Positions 47,707 through 56,045 of a stretch of DNA of 60,820 nucleotides are shown piece after piece. The stretch lies in the IMG/VR virus record IMGVR_UViG_3300016667_000092, positions 1 to 60,820 of that record. One strand, written 5' to 3'. This DNA is from a virus (lineage: Duplodnaviria > Caudoviricetes). The notes beneath the pieces were generated by a model. The model saw only the letters and a program-made list of their open reading frames with translations. It made no database searches and was not told the origin of the DNA. The translations under genes and the position numbers were made by a program. Within the stretch, counting starts at the first letter, position 1, and every line of letters starts with the position of its first letter.

Positions 47707-48450
47707 ATGAATCCGAACCAACAGATAATAGAGAAGCTTAAGGATGACAGAGAATACTATGCAGGTATTGGTAAATCATACCTGTCCAACTCTGATATCG
47801 GACTCCTGCTTTCCAACCCTAAGGGGTATGGTAAACCAAGAGAAGACAACAAGTCTTTCGCGGAAGGTAGATACTTTCATCAGTCTCTGATTGAACCACA
47901 CAAAGTAATCAACACGCCGTTCGTTGATGTGAGTAGCAGAAACACTAAAGAATACAAGAACTTCTGCGAGACAAACAACTACGACTTTGTTCTACTCAAG
48001 AAGGAGATCGATGAACTAAACAGTCTTGTCTCATTAATGAAGAGTAACATACTTTTCTTTGAGCAAATCTACAAGGACGGGAATCAATATGAGCTACCAT
48101 CTGTTGGTGAGATTATGGGTCTGAGTTGGAAAGGCAAAGCTGATATCGTAACTGATGAAATGATAATAGACTTAAAGACTACATCAGATATCAATAAGTT
48201 TAAGTACTCAGCAAGAGCTTACAACTACGACTCACAGTGCTACATCTATCAGAATCTGTTTGGTAAACCGTTAGTGTTCTTTGTAATTGATAAGGAGACG
48301 GGTCAGTTAGGAATCTTTAAACCCACAGAAAACTTTGTAAAGGGTGGAGAGGATAAGGTAAGAAGAGCTGTCGATGTCTACAATAAATACTTTGGACCTA
48401 ACAAATCCGAGGATATAGTAAACCATTACATCAACGAAACACTAGACTAA
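47707..48450 (+). CDS. RecE-like PD-(D/E)XK exonuclease (DUF3799-like)
   Basis: YLSNSDI, KGKAD, IIDLKTT, YNYDSQCYIY. Confidence 0.8.
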   Translation: MNPNQQIIEKLKDDREYYAGIGKSYLSNSDIGLLLSNPKGYGKPREDNKSFAEGRYFHQSLIEPHKVINTPFVDVSSRNTKEYKNFCETNNYDFVLLKKEIDELNSLVSLMKSNILFFEQIYKDGNQYELPSVGEIMGLSWKGKADIVTDEMIIDLKTTSDINKFKYSARAYNYDSQCYIYQNLFGKPLVFFVIDKETGQLGIFKPTENFVKGGEDKVRRAVDVYNKYFGPNKSEDIVNHYINETLD

Positions 48451-48452
48451 AT

Positions 48453-48653
48453 ATGAAACGGTTAATCAATCTAATCTTTAAAAGACAGAAGCACGTTAAA
48501 AAGAATCCAAAGGTCGATGCAATTTACGGACACAGTATCACGATACTAGTTCCTGCTGAGGCTAAGACCGAGGACGAGAAGGCAAAGTATATACTTGATG
48601 CCGTCACACTCATGGAGACACACATTCAAATAATAAAAACAAAAGTAAAATGA
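48453..48653 (+). CDS. Hypothetical protein
   Basis: ORF in operon. Confidence 0.5.
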   Translation: MKRLINLIFKRQKHVKKNPKVDAIYGHSITILVPAEAKTEDEKAKYILDAVTLMETHIQIIKTKVK

Positions 48654-48934
48654 AAGACGAAAAAATCTTTGCAGACGGTTTCTCATTTAAGAGAAGCGAG
48701 AACGCCCCCGACTTTGTAGTGGGTAGACTATCAATGAAAGTAGACGAAGCCATTGCGTTTATGAAGCAACACGAGAAGCGCGGATGGATTAACCTCAACA
48801 TCAAGACTGCACGTAGTGGTAACGCTTATGTAGAGCTTGACACTTATGAGCCTAAGGGTACACAGGAGGAAGCTACGAGCAAGCCAAGCAAAGCTAAGGC
48901 TGCTAGCAAGGAAGGAGAGAACCTTCCGTTCTAA
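48650..48934 (+). CDS. SSB-like protein
   Basis: Beta-rich core, ELDTYEP, C-terminal LPF; follows recombination genes. Confidence 0.6.
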   Translation: MKDEKIFADGFSFKRSENAPDFVVGRLSMKVDEAIAFMKQHEKRGWINLNIKTARSGNAYVELDTYEPKGTQEEATSKPSKAKAASKEGENLPF

Positions 48935-48953
48935 TCCCTGCCTGTGTGTCTAA

Positions 48954-48985
48954 GGAAGGGGGCAAGTCCCCCTTTCTTTTTCTTT
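48954..48985 (+). terminator. Intrinsic terminator
   Basis: AAGGGGG-caagt-CCCCCTT followed by T-rich tract. Confidence 0.7.
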
Positions 48986-48990
48986 AAACC

Positions 48991-49150
48991 GTGACGAAAA
49001 TGTCAGATAATACATCTCTATACTTACTACTTATATATATACTACTATTATTATTATTTATTATTATAATTAGTAATTAAAATCGACATAATCGACATAG
49101 TAAATAGTAATCAATTAGTTATAAAAATATATCGTACACTAAACCGACAC
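48991..49150. promoter_or_regulatory. Origin-like element 2, upstream of primase-helicase
   Basis: TGACGAAAATGTCA...TTAAAATCGACATAATCGACAT...TAATCAATTA; same spacing as 39111-39262. Confidence 0.6.
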
Positions 49151-49154
49151 AACA

Positions 49155-51572
49155 ATGACACCACAGGTAACAATATTTCAGAACATAAAAGAAACATCCA
49201 CTCCCTTCTTTAGGGATGTTAGGATAATCCTTGAAAGGATTAAGGACGGTGCGACTAAGGACTTGGTTAAGAAGATTAGAACCGAGAAGAGAAAGCCTGA
49301 GCGCAACGAACTAAAGAAACAACTACCTGCTATCTGCTTCAGCGGTAAGTTCAACAAGAGAGCCGACACTTCACTCATCGAACACAGCGGACTTATCTGT
49401 TTGGACTTCGATGGATACGAGAAGAGTAAGCAGTTACTTGAGGATAAGGAGATGCTGAGCAAGAATAAGTACGTATACTCCGTATTCATATCACCTTCCG
49501 GCAATGGTTTGAAAGTGCTTGTTAAAATCCCTGCCGATGCAGAGAACCATACCAATTACTTCAACAGCTTAGAGAAATATTTTAACTCACCCTACTTCGA
49601 TAAGACTAGTAAGAACCTAAGCCGAGTATGCTATGAGTCTTATGATCCCCTTATCTATGTAAACGAGAACTCCTCCACTTGGGATGTGATTGAGGAGGCT
49701 GAGTACACAGAGGTCAGCAAGTACAGGGACAAGCCAACCATCCCAATCACAGACGAGAATAAGATTGTGGACATACTACTTAAGTGGTGGACAAAGAAGT
49801 ACCCTATGGTGGAGGGTCAGCGCAATCAGAACTGCTACGTGTTGGCGATGGCGTTGAATGACTTTGGAATCAACAAGAGCTTAGCTTCGTTTGTATTAAA
49901 CCAATACGCTGACGATAGCTTCACACAGACCGAGATAAACAGAACAATCCAATCCGCGTATCAGAACACAGCCAACTTCGGAACCAAGTACTACGAGGAT
50001 GAGGAGCGCATCAATTCCATCAAGGCTAAGCTAAGGAGGGGGGTATCAAAGAAGGAGGTGCGCATCCAACTACAGGACTCCAACCTTGACACAGAGACCA
50101 TCGAGTCGGTGCTCAATAAGGTAGAGGAGGAGAACGCAAAGCAAACCTTTTGGGAACGCAACGACAAGGGCATAGTAAGAATCATACACATACAGTTCAA
50201 ACAATTCCTTGAGGATAATGGATTCTATAAGTACTGTCCTGAGGGTAGCAAGAACTACGTGTTCGTGAAGGTGACTAATAACTTGGTAGACCACACATCA
50301 GAGAAAGAGATTAAGGACTTCGTGCTTGGTCACCTGCTTGAGCTTGATGACATTACGGTATACAACTACTTCGCTGACAACACGCGCTTCTTTAAGGAGG
50401 AGTTCCTGTCCATGCTGAGTACGATTGACATCTACTTCATTGAGGATACCAAAGAGACAGCGTACCTGTACTACCGCAACTGTGCGGTGATGATAACTAA
50501 GAACGAGGTAAAGCCGATAGACTATCTTGATCTTGGTGGTTACGTATGGAAAGACCACGTGATAGATAGGAACTTTAATCTGTGTGGTGTGTCAGCAGAC
50601 TTTGATTATGTTAAGTTTATCTACAACATCAACGGGTCAGATGAGCATAGGGTCAAGTCAATGGAGAGTACGATTGGATTCCTGATGCACGGGTACAAGA
50701 ACCTAAGCTACTGCCCTGCCGTCATCCTTAACGACGAGGTGATAAGCGACAACCCTGAGGGTGGTACGGGTAAGGGTATCCTAATGAACGCATTATCTAA
50801 GATGAAGAAGGTGGTGACTATTGATGGTAAGAGCTTCACCTTTGAGCGTAGCTTCGCCTATCAGTTAGTGAGCGCAGACACACAGATACTGTGCTTCGAT
50901 GATGTGAAGAAACACTTTGACTTTGAGAGATTGTTTAGTGTGGTGACTGAGGGCTTGACACTTGAGAAGAAGAACAAGGATGCCATCAAGATTCCTTTCA
51001 GCAAGAGTCCGAAGATTGCTATCACTACCAACTATGCTATTAAGGGTGCGGGTAATTCATTCGCTCGTAGGAAGTGGGAGTTAGAGTTACATCAGTACTA
51101 CAGCAAGAACTTCACGCCACTCGATGAGTTCGGTAAGCTTCTGTTTGGGGATTGGGGTGATGATGATTGGTGTCAGTTCGATAACTACATGATTGGATGT
51201 TTGAGAAACTACTTGCGTACAGGACTAGTGAAGAGTAAGTTCGTGAACCTGAAGGTGAGACAGTTGTCAGCGGAAACCTGCCACGAGTTCATCGAATGGT
51301 GTGGGCTAGTGGATGGCAGCGACAGAACCAATATGCTGCACACGGATGTCAGACTGTACAAGAACGACCTGTACTTTAACTTCATCGAGGAGTACCCTGA
51401 CTACGGACCGAAGGCTAAGATGACTATCAGCAGGACTAGGTTCTACAAGTGGCTGATATCTTACGGCTTGTTCAAGGAAGGGGTAATGCCGGAGGAAGGC
51501 AGGGACCAACAGGGTAGATGGATTATCATCAAGAAGAAGAGGGAGGAGACCGATGATGCGCCACCGTTTTGA
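49155..51572 (+). CDS. Primase-helicase (BT4734/VirE N-terminal-like primase, PriCT, P-loop helicase)
   Basis: KKQLPAICFSG, SGLICLDFD, FISPSGNGLK, EGQRN, GGTGKG Walker A, LCFDD Walker B, ITTN. Confidence 0.85.
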   Translation: MTPQVTIFQNIKETSTPFFRDVRIILERIKDGATKDLVKKIRTEKRKPERNELKKQLPAICFSGKFNKRADTSLIEHSGLICLDFDGYEKSKQLLEDKEMLSKNKYVYSVFISPSGNGLKVLVKIPADAENHTNYFNSLEKYFNSPYFDKTSKNLSRVCYESYDPLIYVNENSSTWDVIEEAEYTEVSKYRDKPTIPITDENKIVDILLKWWTKKYPMVEGQRNQNCYVLAMALNDFGINKSLASFVLNQYADDSFTQTEINRTIQSAYQNTANFGTKYYEDEERINSIKAKLRRGVSKKEVRIQLQDSNLDTETIESVLNKVEEENAKQTFWERNDKGIVRIIHIQFKQFLEDNGFYKYCPEGSKNYVFVKVTNNLVDHTSEKEIKDFVLGHLLELDDITVYNYFADNTRFFKEEFLSMLSTIDIYFIEDTKETAYLYYRNCAVMITKNEVKPIDYLDLGGYVWKDHVIDRNFNLCGVSADFDYVKFIYNINGSDEHRVKSMESTIGFLMHGYKNLSYCPAVILNDEVISDNPEGGTGKGILMNALSKMKKVVTIDGKSFTFERSFAYQLVSADTQILCFDDVKKHFDFERLFSVVTEGLTLEKKNKDAIKIPFSKSPKIAITTNYAIKGAGNSFARRKWELELHQYYSKNFTPLDEFGKLLFGDWGDDDWCQFDNYMIGCLRNYLRTGLVKSKFVNLKVRQLSAETCHEFIEWCGLVDGSDRTNMLHTDVRLYKNDLYFNFIEEYPDYGPKAKMTISRTRFYKWLISYGLFKEGVMPEEGRDQQGRWIIIKKKREETDDAPPF

Positions 51573-51890
51573 TTATCAAAAGTTTAAAATGGTGCAAGTT
51601 TTAATACTGTTGGTATAAAAATGAGCTATAAATAGAGTAATAATGAGCGACAAGTAGTGATATCCACTACCTTTCGCAAAAGATTACTCGAACTAATGTC
51701 CTTTTTATGACGCAAAAACACATCATTAAGTAATTTATATGACACATTTGATGCAAAAATCCACCATAAAGTGATTTATATGACACATTTATATGCAACA
51801 CCATCCATTTTGCGATATTTCTGCACTATAATATGCATTTGCATACACTTTTACGTATGTAAAAATGTAATTTTTAACACTTTTTCAAAC
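51567..51890. other. Non-coding array of short imperfect palindromes
   Basis: GTAGTG-N5-CACTAC, TTCG-N12-CGAA, TGCA-N8-TGCA, CATAC-N8-GTATG; duplicated AAGT(A/G)ATTTATATGACACATTT. Confidence 0.5.
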
Positions 51891-51897
51891 GAATAAT

Positions 51898-52116
51898 ATG
51901 GACTTAATTAAACATGATAAAGATTGGTTCACAGAAAGAGTAGGACAAAGAGTATTCAGAACCAAGGGGGATTGTTATTGTGACGCTTGCGAAAAAGTTT
52001 ATTTGGAAGGATTAATAATTCAAGATAAACAACACGCTCAATATTTATATGATTGTCAGAATGAATTAGGCTTATACTATTACACAAAAAACAAACAACA
52101 TGGGGACAAGAGTTAA
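51898..52116 (+). CDS. Hypothetical protein with Cys cluster
   Basis: 72 aa, CYCDAC. Confidence 0.6.
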   Translation: MDLIKHDKDWFTERVGQRVFRTKGDCYCDACEKVYLEGLIIQDKQHAQYLYDCQNELGLYYYTKNKQHGDKS

Positions 52117-52393
52117 AGTAACATACGTAGCATTAAATGAATATGGGAAACCTATTATATCAGCAAGTACATTTGATGATCTTCGTAAAGGATTAGATGA
52201 CTATTATGCTGTAGATAGAACAGACGCTAAATGTCTTGGATTCGTTCCTTATGAAACCAAATATCCTGACGACTATGAAGGACATTATACCTATAGTTGG
52301 ACAAGTATTATTCATAATGAGAAAACTACAGAGCTAGATGTTATTAAGGTGTATTGCATTGATTATTTCCCTCACACAATATATGAAGTATAA
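52100..52393 (+). CDS. Hypothetical protein
   Basis: 97-aa ORF in AT-rich cassette. Confidence 0.6.
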   Translation: MGTRVKVTYVALNEYGKPIISASTFDDLRKGLDDYYAVDRTDAKCLGFVPYETKYPDDYEGHYTYSWTSIIHNEKTTELDVIKVYCIDYFPHTIYEV

Positions 52394-52404
52394 AAACAAA
52401 TAAT

Positions 52405-52623
52405 ATGAAACAACAAACAACAGTACAATGGTTAGAAGAACAACTAAATAAATGGTCAGATGGAAGATTTTATTTACCACCACACTTATTTGAACAAGCC
52501 AAACAAATGGAGAAGGAGCAGATAATAAACGCTTGGAGAGAAGGAGATAATGATAGTATGTATAACCCAAAAGAATTAGACAAACAAGCAGAACAATACT
52601 ACAATGAAACATATGGAAAATAA
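52405..52623 (+). CDS. Hypothetical protein (QT.V.WL / QAK.MEKEQI family)
   Basis: Paralog of 45544..45807. Confidence 0.65.
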   Translation: MKQQTTVQWLEEQLNKWSDGRFYLPPHLFEQAKQMEKEQIINAWREGDNDSMYNPKELDKQAEQYYNETYGK

Positions 52624-52948
52624 AAAACTACTACACGTAAGTATGATCAATTCATACAATGTAATCACAGGCAAGGCGAACATTAACGACATTGCTATCG
52701 CTAGTCTAGGATTCTTTATCCATCAACCCGATGAGCCCGTGTCCGCAAGCATAATGGATTACATAATAAGTTACTTTGAAGAGAAGGAAATGTTTGAGTA
52801 CTGTGCTGATGTAAAGAAAATAAAAGACTCTATCTACAATCAGGACGGCACATTGAAAGAAAGCTTATGCGCCTGCGAGCTACCGATGATAACCAAATAC
52901 TCCTGCGTAACTAGATGCGATAACTGCAACAACCCTATAAGATTGTAA
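52613..52948 (+). CDS. Hypothetical protein with C-terminal Cys motifs
   Basis: YFEEKEMFEYCA; CxC..CxxC. Confidence 0.6.
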   Translation: MENKKLLHVSMINSYNVITGKANINDIAIASLGFFIHQPDEPVSASIMDYIISYFEEKEMFEYCADVKKIKDSIYNQDGTLKESLCACELPMITKYSCVTRCDNCNNPIRL

Positions 52949-54417
52949 TGGATATCATCAAGAGATATACGGGATACAGTAATGAGATGATGCTTCGGCA
53001 ATGCGAGATTCTAAAGAAGGTGATGACATCTACCAAAGAGGTGAAGACAGGAAGAGGAAAGGATGTAAAGATAGAGCACCGACTGAAGTACAATAGCGAA
53101 CCCGAAGTATTGCAGAGGATTCTAAACAGCTACGAACACTACCTAAAACTATACGAGCAGGACATGGAAAGAAAGAACCGAATAACATTTAGAGATTATC
53201 AGTCACAGATTATAGACGAAGCCCTGAAGATTATAACTCAGCATAGATTTGTGTATCTTGCAATGGAGGTTAGGACAGGCAAGACGCTCACTAGCCTCGG
53301 CATAGCAGAAGAGGTTCATGTAAGCAAGGTCTTATTCGTAACCAAGAAGAAAGCAATAGGGTCAATATCTGCGGATCTCGAACTGTTCATGCCGTCATTT
53401 GACATGACGATTATAAACTATGAGAGTCTGCATACCGTTGCCGACAGCGAGAAGTGGGACCTGATTATACTAGACGAAGCCCACAGTATGGGCGCATTCC
53501 CAAAGCCAAGCCAAAGAGCCATACAGGTTAAGGAGATTATCCAAAATCATAGACCATACGTAATCCTCCTGTCAGGTACGCCAACCCCTGAGTCCTACTC
53601 ACAGATGTACCATCAGGTATATGGTATACCAACCAACCCCTTCAGTAAGTTCGCTAACTTCTATAGGTTCTGCGATGAGTACGTAAAGGTGAAGCAGAAG
53701 AAGGTGAACGGGATGTTCATCAACGACTACACCCACGGTAAGCAGGAGATACTTGACGTGATGAAACCATACACTATATCCTACACGCAGAAGGAGGCAG
53801 GGTTCATCACTAAGACCACGGAAAATATCTTAGAGGTAGAGCTGAAGGAGTCAACCTATAGGTTAATTAGTAGGCTTAAGAAGGACTTAGTAGTGGAGGG
53901 GAGGGAGCAGCTGATACTAGCCGACACCCCTGTCAAGCTAATGTCCAAGCTCCATCAGCTATACTCAGGGACCATCAAGTTTGAAAGCGGGGATTCTATG
54001 GTTCTCGATACTACTAAGGCTGAGTTCATCCGTTCTCGGTTTGCGAACCGTAAAATAGGAATCTTCTACAAATTCAAGGAGGAACTGAACGCTCTTAAGG
54101 AAGTATTCAAGGATTCCTTGACAACTGAACTGAGTCTCTTTGAAGAGACCGACAAGTCTATAGCCCTGCAGATAGTGTCCGGGAGGGAGGGTATAACCCT
54201 ACAGAAGGCTGAGGTGTTGGTCTATTATAACATTGACTTCAGTGCCACTAGCTATTGGCAGAGCAAGGACAGGATGACCACCAAGCTCAGACCGACCAAT
54301 GATATCTATTGGGTCTTCGCTAAGGACGGGATTGAGCACGACATTTACAAGACCGTGATTAAAAAAAAGGACTATACTGTTTCGCACTTTAAACAAAATT
54401 TATTAACATTGTACTAA
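52948..54417 (+). CDS. SF2 (SNF2-like) helicase
   Basis: RDYQ, VRTGKT, ILDEAH, LSGTP, SGREGITL, QSKDR. Confidence 0.85.
   Translation: MDIIKRYTGYSNEMMLRQCEILKKVMTSTKEVKTGRGKDVKIEHRLKYNSEPEVLQRILNSYEHYLKLYEQDMERKNRITFRDYQSQIIDEALKIITQHRFVYLAMEVRTGKTLTSLGIAEEVHVSKVLFVTKKKAIGSISADLELFMPSFDMTIINYESLHTVADSEKWDLIILDEAHSMGAFPKPSQRAIQVKEIIQNHRPYVILLSGTPTPESYSQMYHQVYGIPTNPFSKFANFYRFCDEYVKVKQKKVNGMFINDYTHGKQEILDVMKPYTISYTQKEAGFITKTTENILEVELKESTYRLISRLKKDLVVEGREQLILADTPVKLMSKLHQLYSGTIKFESGDSMVLDTTKAEFIRSRFANRKIGIFYKFKEELNALKEVFKDSLTTELSLFEETDKSIALQIVSGREGITLQKAEVLVYYNIDFSATSYWQSKDRMTTKLRPTNDIYWVFAKDGIEHDIYKTVIKKKDYTVSHFKQNLLTLY
54134..54149. repeat. 16-bp palindromic motif (perfect, intragenic)
   Basis: GTCTCTTTGAAGAGAC. 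Confidence 0.9.
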
Positions 54418-54428
54418 ATATATCAACA

Positions 54429-54668
54429 ATGAATTGGAATAAGTATGTACTATCGAACACATCAAACAAAACTGTGTTGATGCTTGAAAGGGATGGGATT
54501 TCATTCAAGGCAGAAATACCGTGGGACTCGGACATAGACACAGTAATGAATGCGTTCACGGCCCTGATGATAGGGATGGGGTATTCAAAGGAAGGCATTG
54601 ATGATTGGATTGTTGAGAGTTCTCAATTAATAATTGAACAGAATGACGGAGCAACAGATTCAGAGTAA
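54429..54668 (+). CDS. Hypothetical protein
   Basis: 79-aa ORF. Confidence 0.55.
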   Translation: MNWNKYVLSNTSNKTVLMLERDGISFKAEIPWDSDIDTVMNAFTALMIGMGYSKEGIDDWIVESSQLIIEQNDGATDSE

Positions 54669-54966
54669 GAGAATAAAAGAACTAGAGGCTGAAGGGTACT
54701 TCGTATTAAAGCTGATCAGGACAAACAAGAATGGGATACCTGATCTACTAGCGATACCGAAGAACTCAGACGTACTATTCTCTGAAATAAAAAAGCCGGA
54801 CGGGAAACTAACTAAACTACAGGAGTACAGATTAAAAGAATTAAAATCTTATGGAATTAAAACAGAAGTATACAGAGGGGATAAAGGAACAGCACGCGCA
54901 GAAAGCAAGAGAGATAGTGGAAGAGGTGATGTTAGTAAGTCTGTCAAGCAAAAGAAGGACTCGTGA
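54643..54966 (+). CDS. VRR-NUC family nuclease (Holliday-junction resolvase-like)
   Basis: TEQQIQ, GIPDLL, FSEIKKPDGKLT.LQ. Confidence 0.8.
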   Translation: MTEQQIQSKRIKELEAEGYFVLKLIRTNKNGIPDLLAIPKNSDVLFSEIKKPDGKLTKLQEYRLKELKSYGIKTEVYRGDKGTARAESKRDSGRGDVSKSVKQKKDS

Positions 54967-55399
54967 AATTGTAGATGGAAAGATGATATACTCAAAGCTG
55001 TTAAGAGAAAGAGGGTATACATTGAAGACCATTGGTGAGACGCTAGGTAAAGACCACACAACTATCATTCACTATATCAGGTCGATTGAGAATCTAATTG
55101 AGACGGAACCAAACATTAACAATGCCTATGCTAAGTGCAGAGACATCTTCTTTGAGGGTGAGGAGCAAGAGCCTGAGCTAGACCCTGAAGTATTGAAGAT
55201 AAGAATAAAGCAATGTACTAAAGAATATGATACCATGAAGGTGACATTGCAAAGAGAGAAGGAGTACAACAGAAGATTAAAAAGATTAAGACAAATTGTG
55301 AATATGCTTGACGAGCGTATACCAAAGGGGAAAGAAGACAAGTACCAAGCAATTATAAACAGGGTCTTCAACAACATAGAAGACTACCTAAAAGAATAA
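54851..55399 (+). CDS. Second DnaA domain IV-like HTH protein
   Basis: RRTREIVDGKMIY...TLKTIGETLGKDHTTIIHY. Confidence 0.7.
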   Translation: MELKQKYTEGIKEQHAQKAREIVEEVMLVSLSSKRRTREIVDGKMIYSKLLRERGYTLKTIGETLGKDHTTIIHYIRSIENLIETEPNINNAYAKCRDIFFEGEEQEPELDPEVLKIRIKQCTKEYDTMKVTLQREKEYNRRLKRLRQIVNMLDERIPKGKEDKYQAIINRVFNNIEDYLKE

Positions 55400-55402
55400 C
55401 AT

Positions 55403-55597
55403 ATGCTAGATAACAAGAAGTTGGAAACAGAAAGGGCAATGCGAATATCTATGAGGATGGAGGATTGTCATCTTGTTATCTCAGATATATATGAGAAGCT
55501 TGTCGATCGTGAGTTTGACACCGTGCCACAGCAGATCAAGTCTTTGATATCCGACCTCCGTATGGTTTTAAAAAGCATGGAAGATGACGATTTTTGA
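55403..55597 (+). CDS. Hypothetical protein
   Basis: 64-aa ORF. Confidence 0.55.
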   Translation: MLDNKKLETERAMRISMRMEDCHLVISDIYEKLVDREFDTVPQQIKSLISDLRMVLKSMEDDDF

Positions 55598-56000
55598 AAC
55601 AGAGCAGGACAGAGTAAGAGAGACAAAAGCTATTGAGACATTCGTGTCTGTGTTCAATGGATCGTATCAGAAGCTAGATCCGTTTGATATAGACTTCAAA
55701 GTCTTCGACAAGGATAAGAACCTGATAGCTTACGCTGAAGTAAAGGGTAGGATAAGACCAATAAGAGATGCCTATCCTCTGCCATTGTCAGCAGAGAAAC
55801 TTATCAAACTGATCAACAAAAGGATAACACCTGTTATCATATGGTCTTGCGAGGACGGCATCATCTACGCTCAGGCAGATAAACTAATTGGAACCATCAA
55901 ATGGGGAGGACGAAAGCCTAGAGCAGGTTCGTTCAACGACAGCGAGATGATGGTATACTACGACAAGCAAAAGGATTTCAAGTATGTTCGGTTCGTGTAA
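55584..56000 (+). CDS. PD-(D/E)XK-like nuclease
   Basis: IDF.V......AYAEVKGR. Confidence 0.6.
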   Translation: MTIFETEQDRVRETKAIETFVSVFNGSYQKLDPFDIDFKVFDKDKNLIAYAEVKGRIRPIRDAYPLPLSAEKLIKLINKRITPVIIWSCEDGIIYAQADKLIGTIKWGGRKPRAGSFNDSEMMVYYDKQKDFKYVRFV

Positions 56001-56012
56001 GGTTTAGCAATC

Positions 56013-56045
56013 ACCCCCTTCTGTTTCTACAGAGGGGGCTTTTTA
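56013..56045. terminator. Terminator between convergent arms
   Basis: CCCCCTTCTGT-ttct-ACAGAGGGGG followed by T-tract. Confidence 0.7.
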
